Assembly (NCBI GenBank): GCA_023213395.1
Contig: CM041465.1
Location: 175,653,741-175,717,740 of the forward strand
Direction of reading: 5' to 3'
Length of the DNA stretch: 64,000 nucleotides
DNA from: Cycas panzhihuaensis
Lineage: Eukaryota > Plantae > Cycadophyta
In this document: one piece after another, positions 26,795 through 38,278 of the stretch
Numbering within the stretch: the first letter of the stretch is position 1
How the letters are laid out: the number at the start of each line of letters is the position of its first letter
The notes under the pieces: generated by a model
What the model was told of the DNA's origin: nothing
What the model saw: the letters and a program-made list of their open reading frames with translations, nothing else
The model's database searches: none
Translations under genes and position numbers: made by a program

Positions 26795-27916
26795 GGGAAT
26801 GAGAGGATTAAAACTTGAAGACTATGTGATTAATGAGGGAAGGTATGAGAATCAATCAGTAAGGAGATAGTGGTAGAGGTAGATCTCTGATTATGATGAA
26901 GAAAGAAGAAGGAATCCAAGTAAGATGATTATGATCAAACTGTCAAGCAGGGTTTGATCATAATTGAGGCTATGGTGGACCCAAGCAGCTAAATCTAAAA
27001 ATCTTTAATGACTCGTCTAAATGAACCCAACTTATAGATAGATAGGTGGGGATGAAGTTGTTATGCAACTTGCCCCATATTACAAGAGGATAAAAACCAA
27101 TAAACTTACTTTTCACTTTTTTTTTTTTTTTTATATACTTTTCACTTCCACCTTTCATAAGAACAAGATCATAATCATCCACTTAAGAAAATCTTCTACT
27201 CAACACAGCAAGGATTTCTCCTTTTAAACAGAATCTTAAAAAGGGAAAGGGGCCAATCTCCTTAGAGAATGAATACTGAAAAGCAAAGAGGAAATCAAAT
27301 CCACGGTGTCTCCAAGCATGAAGGAAAAATAATAGAATAAGTATCTGTTTTGAAGGAATAATAATAAAGAGAATGGAGGATAATAAAAAATAATTAATAA
27401 TTAGTGATATATGACCAAAAAAGGAATCCCAAAGTAACCAACTAATGAATGAAAATAAACTTTGAATCAGTAAGGTAACAGACTGGTGAATGAAAGTAAA
27501 CTCTCAATGAATGAGTGGATACTTAAAGCTAACGAAGGCATTCCTCTTTCTGAGATAAGAATATAATACAACTGGGGGCATAGATTCTCTTTTGATTGTA
27601 TAACTCAGATGAGAATAAGATCAAAGTGATGGTAAACTCAAAATCAGTGTAGGTGCTAGAAAGAGAGAATAACTTACATGATTATGAGTTAGATCTATTA
27701 CACAAACACCATAATGCTTAATGAATACAATAAAATATTAGAAAGAAGAGAGGATTTGCCCATAGTTTTAGCTCATTAGGCAAATGTACAAGTTTCAAAG
27801 TCATTAATTAGAAAGGAAGAAGAAGTTTTCCCATAGTTTTAGCTCATTAGGAAAAAGAACAAGTTTCAGAGCCATAGTTTATCCTCATTACAGAGGTAGT
27901 GATGCGCATGCTACTA

Positions 27917-30900
27917 GGCATAAAATCTTCTCAAATATTGAGAATTAATAGGCCTCTTAAACTCTAATCCTTCTAACCTCAAAATTTGATAGGGTCCATT
28001 AGTTAAATCCTCAATTATTAAGAAAGGTCCTATCCATTTAGGAGAAAATCTTTGTTGCCTATCATGCAAATATTCCAATTTTAAAACTTTGTTGCTAATA
28101 TTAAACTTTCTAGGCTAAGCTGCCTATCATGTGTAGCTTGGACTCTAGCCTTAGACGCCATATTATTCTATAGAGCTTGCAAGTGGGTTTCATCTAACTT
28201 CTCCAGCTCCAAAAGACGAGTTTCCCTTTGGAATTACTCATTAATAAATTTCTTCAATGAGACACGTAGAGAAGGAATTTCGACCTCTAATGGTAAAGCA
28301 GCTTCGATACCATAAACAAGGGAGAATGGTGTCATACCCATAGTATTTTTTATGGTAGTCCTATAAATAATTGTGAATGCCAATCTCTATGAGAAGTAGC
28401 AACAATTTTAGCTAGAATCTTAGCTAAGATTTTATTAAACGCTTCCACCTGGCCATTCACCTGAGGATGATATGGGGTAGATATTCTATAGGTAATATGA
28501 AACTTACCACATAGATCACTGACATGGGGATTATAAAATAAAGTTCCATTATCAGTAATAATAACATCTAGTATCCCAAATCTACAAATAATATGTTGAA
28601 ATATGAAAGTAGCCATGATCTTTCTAGTAGCAGAGATCAATAGGATAGCTTCACTCCACTTCGTAAACTATTCAATCGTAGTTCGAATGAACTTATGCCT
28701 ATTTGAAGATGTCAGAAATATCTTCCCAATGAGGTCAAGACCCCATTGGGATAATGGCCAAGGTGAAACTATCGATTTTATTTCTTGCACAAGTTGATGT
28801 ATTAAAGTTGCATGGGATTGGCATTTCTGGCATTTTTGGATGTAGGAGTGGGCATCCTTAAATAAGGTGGGCTAATAATAGCCCATACGAAGAATGTGTT
28901 GGGCCATCGATTGACCACCAAAATACCCATGATATATCCCCTCATGAGACTCTGTCAAGGCAACTAAGGATTCATTAGGTAAAAAGACACCTTAATATAA
29001 CTCTATCAAAAGAGTGATTGTATAAGGTATCATCTAGAAAAAGGTATTACCTAGTAGTAGCACGAATTCATCTTCTCTTCTTTGAAGTAGCAAGAGAAGG
29101 AAAACATTGATCATGAAGATACAATCTAATCGCCCCATACTATGGATCATTAAAAGGGATGCCTTAGATATGGAAGATATGTTCATCTAGGAGGGAATCA
29201 TCAATGGGTTGGCAAAGATGATTTGGAAGAGGGGCATTAGTCATGATTTCTGGAATAATCATGCTTCTCTTAGACTTTTTGTTGATCACTTGTAAATCAA
29301 ATTCTTGAAGTAATAAAGACCACATACCTAGCTAACTAGTAAGGTTAGACTTGGTAACTAGATACCTTATAGGATTTGATTAGATAATGAGGTGGACCAT
29401 ATTCCTAAGGAGGTAGTGGTGAAACTTCTTATTAGTAAAAACTAAGGCAAGACATTCTTTCTTAGGAAAAGGATAATGAAGCTCAGCTTCCATGAGGGTC
29501 CTGCTAATAAAATATATATCCCTCTCTTTACCAAAATTGTCTTCTTGCACTAACATACCCACTACCGCCTCCTCGGTGGCTGAAGTGTATAGAATAAATG
29601 GCTTATCAAACCTTGGCGGGGAAAGAGCTGGAGCAAAAACTAAGGTTTACTTTAGCCTGTCAAAGAACTCTTGAATTAGAGGAGTCCATTGTAATTCAAC
29701 ATCTTTCTTTAAAAGGTTAGTGATAGGCTTAGCATCTAAGGCAAAGTCAGTAATAAAATGTCTTAAAAAACCAAGCCTACCTAGAAAAGATTTAATGAGT
29801 TTTTGAGTCTTAAGAGGAGGCATTTAGACAATAGCCTCAATCTTTTTGAGATCAATTCTAATCCCATCTTGAGAAATAATGTTTTCTAACATCTTTCCTG
29901 ACACAACGACAAAAACACATTTGGAAGGGTTTAAGCACAAGCGATACTTTTTACTTCTTTTAAAAATGGTTCTCAAATCATGTAAATGATCGAACCTCTT
30001 ATGTGAAATGGCAAGCATATCATCTAGATAAATGACAATAATATTGCCAATCAGGTCATGGAAGATATGAATTGTAGCCCTTTGATATGTCACACCAGTA
30101 TTCTTTAATATGAGGCATGACTTTATAAATGAAGGTGCCCCAAGGAGTGGTAAAAGTAGTCTTATAGTAGTTATGAGGTATAATAGAAATCTAATTATAT
30201 CCTAAAAATCCATCCATAAGAGATATTACCTCAAAACTAGTTATCTGGTCCTAAATCTGATCAAGAAAGGGAAGAGGGAAATTATCTTTGGGACACACAT
30301 AATTAATGTCATGAAAGTCGATACAAATCTAAATTATACCATTCTTCTTTGCTACAGGAACTATGTTAGAGACCTGAATCTTGCTACTAACAACTTCTCC
30401 ACTTCTTACTTAATGGCAAGAGAGAGGCATGGATGAATAGAATGTTGCTTTCATCATTTGGATTTTGCATCAGGAATAATGTTAATATTATGTTCAATGA
30501 TTTGGAAGTCAAGGCCTTGCATGTCTTTATAGTACTGCACAAAAAATGAGCAGAACTCATAGAAGAGATCCTTAAATTGGGTGATCTCTTAGGGAGTACA
30601 ACTAGCTCCCAACTTGATAATTCTAAGGGTATTCTCTATTTCTAAATCTATGTCAATGGTTTGTTCCATAAGCATTGCATTCCCTTCCTCAAAATGAGGA
30701 GGAACAAGTTTAATAGAAGAGATAAACTCTTGGGGTTGAGAATGATCATCTATGACTTTAGAAAATCCTAACTTATGATGTCCATAAGGAAAACTAGGAG
30801 TTGAACCTTCTAAATGCTCAACAATTGCTTCATCATTCTCAAAATGATAGAGGTGAAAGAGGTTGACAAGGTGAAGGTTCTTAGATTGAGAAATAGAAGA

Positions 30901-33500
30901 TGGAAGAGGACCAACCAAAGAGCTTGGAGTGGGCACAAACTCTATAATTGATGCAACTTGAGAAAAGGAGATAGGCCTATCTATGAACTCCTAAATTAAA
31001 GAAAAAGCTTGAATAAACTCTTGATCATATATATTGTAATCAAGGTAGGACCTAGATATCAAGACAAGAGAATATATAGGATGATCCACATGAGGACAGG
31101 AAAGTAAAGAGATAATAGAAATGGAATTAACTTCTCATACTATAGTGGAGATTCCAAAACTGGCTTGGCCCACATCAAGTAAACTAGTATCTTTATCATC
31201 TGGTTCTAGGTCTAGGTTTTGATACAATAACATCTTCTTCTCATACTTATTCAACCATGTCTTAAAAAAAGAGAAGTGAGGGAAAGATAGGGAAGCATCA
31301 ATGTGTGAATTATGCACAACGATACTTAAGGAAGTAAATTCTAGGTGAGTGGTTAAGGAAGGAACCACTGGATTTTCCCCTAAGGGCAAGCACAAAACCC
31401 GTGAGAAACAAGTATAAACAGGATTTGAATCAACAAGGTCACTTAGGGGTGGACCTTAGTAAGGTATGATAGAATGAGGAGCCACTTATTCATCTGAAAT
31501 AGAAGAAGAAGGAACTAGAAGGCAATCGTTCAAATATGAAGGAATAGAGGTAAATGAGGAACCTGATGATAAAGGAATGATTTCAACTAAATCCATATCC
31601 TTCACTTCTGGGTGAGTGGAAGGGGCTTTAATGGCAAAGTACTCTCCTAGACCAAGTGACTGAAAGAAATACTTTGCAAAGTTAGAGGATTCACTAGGTT
31701 CTGAAAAGGTCTCAATGAGAAGAACTGATTGCTTAATAGGTTTTGGCTTTCATTTAACGATCTTAAGTTCTCCTTCATGGATGAACTTGAGTTCACCAAA
31801 GAGGGATGAGAAAATTGCTACCATTTAGGTGATCCATAGTCTACCCAAAAGGATGTTGTATTCTAAATCCAAGTCAATGATAGTAAGGTCAGTAAGCATT
31901 GTCTTGTCCTCTAAAGTGAGTGGAAGGGTAACTTGACCCAAGGGCACCTTTTGATTCTTATTATGCCCTTGGCAGATCCATTCATATAGATCAAAGACAA
32001 AAAATTTTAAATCCTCAACAAGATGAAGGGGGATATCATTGATGGATGAGCCCTCCTCAATGATAACCCATTTGATATTAATATCATCCTTAATGATCTC
32101 AATGTAAAATGAGGGAATTCCATTCAGTGCATGGGCAGAATGACTAAGCAAGGTAGTGAGGTCAAAAGAAAGGGTAGAAGTAGGTGAAGAAGCTACCGTA
32201 GGAACTCCTAATGCATCAAATAAAAGTTAACATTGCCCGGGGTAAAACTTGAGCAAATTGATAACCGGTATGTTTGTGGGAATGATCTTTAATTCTTATA
32301 CTAAAGAGAAAGATCTGTCTTTTAAACTGGAAGGAATAGACTGAAACCTAATGGGATGGGGGGGGTACTAGAGGTAAAGAGTCATGATTCCTCGCCATCA
32401 AATCATCAGATGATTTAGATAGAGTTGCACTCTTTGAAGTCTCTACCATATTTATGGTTCTCTTAGAATCCCCACCCTGAGGAGGTGGGTGAGATTAACT
32501 AGTGTTTCTTTTTGTTTAAATGTTTATGGGAGTGGTAGTATTCTTTGACAAATTAGAGCTTAAAGGTGCATCTTCATCATCTTATATCTACTTCCCCTTG
32601 CCTTTACGTTCTTTACTAGATTTCTTACTATATTGAGGCAACAGATCCTAATGGATCATTTGATCTTATGGTAACTTGGAAGAACGGTTCACTTGAGTGT
32701 TTGTATTATGGGTTGCATTTTAAATAGTTCAACACCCACTTCTATTATATGCGTTAGTCTGATGATAAGAGCATCATTTTATCTTTCTAGATGAAGAAGG
32801 AGGTAGGGGAGGAGCTTGTTTCTTCCTCCCCTCAGTCAGGTGAATTACTTTGGTCTCTTTAGAGGATTGAGAAGGAGATGGACCATCAATACATAATTTA
32901 GTATTGATCGTATGCTCAAGTGATCTAATTGAAGAAGTAAGATAATCGTATATAGGCTTAGGATGGGTATCATTCGTAAGATTAATCGGATCTTTAGAAG
33001 GCATAGACTTCCCAACCTTCTTAATACTTGTATTTTGAATGTCTCTAAAGCTAAGCAACGATCAACTACTTCCTCATATGTTTGAAGACCGAGTTTTAGA
33101 ACTTTTAAATGCACATGTGGCCTCAATGCATTTGTAAATTGATCAAACAAAAAACTGGGATCAAGATATAAATGGAAAGAGTGAACTTGATCTTGAAATC
33201 TCCTAACAAAATCTCTTGAAGTTTCATCATTATTTTGTTTAATTGCCAACAAGGATTTGATGCCTAACTCAAATGGTCTCACTACATCAAAATAGTTTAT
33301 AAAAGAGTTAACTAGTTGTTGAAACAAGAGAATCAAAGCTAAAGGAAGACAATAAAACCACTTCAAGGCATTGCCTTGAAGCAAGCACAAATGCTTGTAT
33401 TTGGAAGGTAGGGTCTTGAGAAGAGTTACTAGAAAATTTGGGTAATTCAGGAAGGAATAGGGGTATAGGTGATAACAAAACCTCGTGCCACAAGGAAGAC
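27917..33500 (-). pseudogene. Tat gag-pol pseudogene
   Basis: ORF-track fragments of gag, PR, RT, RH and INT in gypsy order. Confidence 0.88.
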
Positions 33501-34784
33501 TTCATATAGTCTAGGAAGGGGCCTCCCTGGCCTCAACATAGTAGGACGTTGAGGTAAGGATGATGGATGAGGAATAAGATGAATGAATAGGTTATTGCAA
33601 CTATGGTCATTATTGTGAAACATCCTAAAGTAGAAAAGTAGAAGGAGTAACAAACCATACTACGAGGTTAACCATAGAATTGGTTTTAGGTATAAGGTTT
33701 TGTGGGAAACTTGAACTGAAGGTATAAAAGGGGTTAGGCTGTGGGCTAGGCCTAGGAATATATGAAGAGGAAGTGGGATTAGAAGTTCTCAAAAGTTATG
33801 ATTGACCCATCAAAGCATGTGAATGCAGTAAATGAATATGAGAAATATTCTATGATGAGAAAATAACATTAGATGCTTTAGGTAATGGTAGGTAAGTCCT
33901 AACACCATGAGACCTAACAATATGTGATACGTAAAGTGGTACCTGAGTGGTAGAAGAAACAGGATGTGAAGAGGCAATCCTAATGGAATAAGATTGAATT
34001 GGCTGTAAACTAGGTGAGGCCATAACCACTTAACTAGAAGTGGGTGTGTGCATGGTGCTAGGAATGCCATGAGAAATAGTAGTAGAATCACCTCTATGAG
34101 TAAGAGGTATGGAGTGGGAAGAATGAACCTGAATCTTCTGCTTAGGAGAAGATCGAGGAGGTTGCAAATGAGTCAATTTGAGATCAACAACTTCCTTGAT
34201 AAATGCAGAATGAGGTCATGAAATAGGTCTTGGTGAAGGAGGATGAGAAGGGTCAGGAGACTGCATGGTTTCAAGTGGAGGGTCTATCTCAATCGACTCA
34301 TATTCTTTACCTAAGGGATTGATTTAAACATTTTGTGGTAAAGATGATATGGTATGAGTCTCCAGGTGGAATGGATCATGATAACCAGGCATGCATAGTG
34401 GGCTAGGGATCCTAGCAAGAATCAGCTAAGGAAAAGATGGATATAATTGAGTAGAAGGTGGTTCTTCTTGTGGGAAAGAAGGATCCATAAAAGAAGGATT
34501 TCTAGGATACTGTGAAGAATCTAGGTATCCCTTCTCCACCAGTATGTCATATAGTTGGGCTAAATATTTAGGAGAATAAATGTATGTTTCATGTGCTTGA
34601 AACTTTGAGGATTCAACGTATGATGATGAAATGTCCTAACCAAAGTGTAATGGGCATGTTTGAGAATCAGGTGGAAGGCCTTGAAGTCTTAATAAGTGCC
34701 TAGGTGTAGGTGTTGTTGTTTCCATGGCTTTACTTGAAGATAAATGATGGTTCCTTAATATGGTCACTAGAAATATGGTAATTC

Positions 34785-37700
34785 TGTTACATACTAAGTG
34801 CGACTAGAGGCTGAGCAAGGTTGTACCAAGCATAACTAAGTATAACCAAAGGTGAAACCAAGTTGTAATTAGAGTACAATTAAGACCCTAGATCATAATT
34901 ATAATGGATAATGTAATTATTGTTAATATTAACAAATTGTTACTAATGAGTTAGTTAGAAATTAGTTGGGAAATGGTTAAGGGGGAGACTATAAAAGAAC
35001 ATTAGATGTATATGGTAGATACATGAGAGTGCATCAGGCTTTCTCTCCCTTCTTTCATTATATCTCTTATTACATATTCGGTTGAGGGTTCTCTAATTAT
35101 TGTAGTTTAGGCATGTGCCTGATCCTTCTTGTGTCAATTTAGTTCCCTTCTTAGTAATAAAATAAGGTTTGCCTCAATCTATTGTGTACTATACTTATGC
35201 TTCTATGTTGGTAGTATAAGCATGTTTTCTATACCATATGATTATTATTCTCCTATTTGTTCCCTTCTTACTTGAGTTATGTTGAAAATAAAGGGATATC
35301 ACACATTTTGGCACCATTACAGTGGTTTGAACACTGTAGATTTTTTTAAATTTTCATTCTTGGCACTCTTTGATATGGCTAGGTGATAATAACAACATAT
35401 CAAAGAGTGAGGAATATACAAACATAGAGACATGAAGACCTGCATTATAAGGTCTTTGGAGTATGGAATGGACAATTGTATGGAATTTGATAGTAGAAGA
35501 GTTCTTCTTGGTGAGTTTAGATATGTTCAATAACTCCTCTTGAATGGAATGTAATTTGAGATTTAAGTGATAACAATGATGCCAAATAAGTTAACAATTT
35601 TAATTTGGCTCTAAAGGTATTCTTATTTCTTGAAGACTAAAATATATAATAAATTCCCTCCAAATTGTAACAGTGCAGTTTGGTAATTAATCACTAACTA
35701 GTGAATGTTAAATCTATTAATAATTACTATATGATTTGAAGTTTGTTGGAACTCTATCGATCAATATTTGCATTAATTATGGTTTACCTTTTTGTCTCCT
35801 AATATAATCATGCTACTTGCATGGATGGATATTGTGTTATACAAGGCTTTGAAACTAGGAAGGTGTAAGTTATATTTTTGGTTCCTAGATGATCTATAAT
35901 AGACCATGTTTAAAATTCTAGTAGATAATATTTTCTAATGAATAATACTAAGATCTATAGTAGATCATATTCAAAATTCTAGTAGATAATACTTAAATTT
36001 ATAGTAGACCATGTTTAGAATTATACTACAAATCTGCAGTATATCATATTTAAAATTTTAGTATATGATGTTTAGATCTATAACATAAAAGATTCATAAT
36101 TCTAGTAAGCAATATATAGAATTGTAGTAAATTTTCAAGAAATTTAGCAAATAATATTTAGTAAAATTTTAGCAGACAACACTCAAAATTATAGTAGAAT
36201 TTCAACAAATAATACTCAAAAAAATTTTAGTAAATAATACTCATAATTGTAGCATATTTCAGTAGATAATATTCAATAGAATTTTAGCATATAATGCTTG
36301 AAATTATAGCAGAATTTTAATAGATAATATTTAGAATTCTAGTAGACAATGCTAGAATTTTAGTTTGTTTACTAAGAGTGCATGAGTCTTTTTAGATGCC
36401 TTAATTATTTTAGTTCTTTTCATGTGGTTAGTCTTAAAGAATTAGGAATTATAACTAGACAATGGATTGATGGCAACCTGGGAAATGATTTAAGTATGAT
36501 GTAGTATTTCATCAATAAGATATACTTATTTGATTCCTTTTTTAGGCATCTATTAAGATATGGCTTGGTATTTTTATTGTACATGGCTAGTTAAATATTG
36601 CTTCTAGGTATAGGCTTGGCTAGTTGAACATCTAATATTTTTTGACACTTAATCATGAATGAGTCAAATGTTGAGTAAGGTTTAGGTATGATTTGGACAT
36701 ACATCAAAATTATTGTAATGACCTAGTATTGCTTTATAGTGTAGTACATAGTGATTATAGATGTCAAAAGGTATATGATAAAAGAAGAATATACTTCCAT
36801 GGTATAGGTATATGAGGCAGCTATGGGCAAGTTTTTTTTATCTTAGATTTTCTCAGGTATTTTCTTATCTACAATACGATTCTAATGGTACTAACAAGTA
36901 TAGTAATAACTTCTAATAGTAATAATTACATAACCTTCTAATAATATTAAGTTCATTCTATAATACTATAACCCTAATATTGAGTTTTTAGTTAGTGATG
37001 ATGAATCATATATACGAGGGATGTCCTAGTAACCAACAGGCTCAGTGGGTGGTTACCTATGAGCTTTGGTGGATGGTTATATCTTATATGGACTTAAAAT
37101 TGACAAAATTATGAACTATGTATACGAGAGACATTTTAGTAACTAGAAGACATAGTGACTAGTTACCCATGTGTTTTGGCTAATGTTTTGTGACCTCATA
37201 TAGACTTCATCTTCATTGTGGATAGTGTGGAAGTGTATCTAATATGACCATGGTTTATTTAGTATTTTATATGATGATGATGTTACCAGTTATGCTATGG
37301 TTGTTCTATTATATAATAAATGGTATGCATAAGTGGTTGAGTAAATAAAAAAGTGTAAAGAGGTGATTTTACAAAATATAGAAGTATAAAGAGGTAACTA
37401 TATAAAAGATAGTGTAAAAAAGCAGGTAGAATAAGAGAAGTGAAAAGAGGTGACTCTATAAAACATTAAAAAATAGGGTATATCAAGATACCAAGCTGAG
37501 AAGTATGCCATCAAAAGTTATCTCAGTAGATCATAGTTAATCTCTGACATAATTATAATAAACCTTATTGAAAAAATAAGGTCATTTATATATCAAAATA
37601 TTGTTGATTTTAAATTTTTGGGGGGGATGATGGATTTAGAAAAATTTTAAAATATTTAACTAAGTGAGGTCACTTGTTAAATTCGTGGTGGGAGAGATGT

Positions 37701-38278
37701 GTGCAGAAGAAGAAACCATGGGAATTTTGAGGAATTGATGGTAGTTTTATTATATATTAAGTGCGACCAGGGGCTAAGCAAGATTATACCAAACAAGGCC
37801 AAATATACGACTGGGTCATAATTGGAGTATAATCAAGACCCTAGATCGTAGTTATATGATTGATGTAATTATTCTTAATGTTAACAGATTAATACTAATG
37901 AGTTATTTAGAAGTTAGTTGGGAGTTAGTTGTAAGTTACTTGAAAATAGTTACGAGGGAAGACTCTAAAAGAACATTAAATATATATGGTAGATATATAA
38001 GAGTGCATTAGGTTTTCCCTCTCTTCTTCCATTATATCTCTCATTTTATATTAGATTGAGGGTTCTTTAATTATTGTAGTTCGAGCATGTGCTTAACCCT
38101 TATTGAGTTGGTGTAGTCTCCTTCTTAGTAATAAAGTAAGGTTTACCTCAATCTATTGTGTACTATACTTATGCTTCTATGTTGGTAAAATAAGCATGTC
38201 ATCTTTGTAGTATGATTATTATTATCTTATGTCTTCCCTTATTACTTAAGTTCTGTTGAAGACAAGAGGATAGCACTG
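34785..38278 (+). mobile_element. 3.5-kb non-autonomous LTR element H with an internal tandem repeat; no matching TSD
   Basis: LTRs 34785-~35303 and 37748-~38278 align. PBS-like tggcaccattacagtgg ~35309 (not iMet type). Purine tracts at 37620 and 37685. No coding domain recognised. Confidence 0.8.
35885..36365. repeat. Degenerate tandem repeat, core aaaattctagtagataatatt (~15-22-bp subunits)
   Basis: Many successive copies of aattYtagYagaYaa. Confidence 0.85.

Larger units (their letters stand above)
19462..34784 (-). mobile_element. Tat-type (non-chromovirus) Ty3/gypsy element: long 3' LTR, ~6-kb 3' region, gag-pol; 5' LTR not seen
   Basis: gag ORF 32845-33390, protease 31825-32151 (YNILLGRLWI), RT 29824-30093 (YLDD), RH 29380-29562, INT 28350-28640 (DNGT, STPYHPQVNGQVEAFNK). 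pol ends ~27917. PPT complement tttgtcccctt 21825-21835. Confidence 0.88.
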
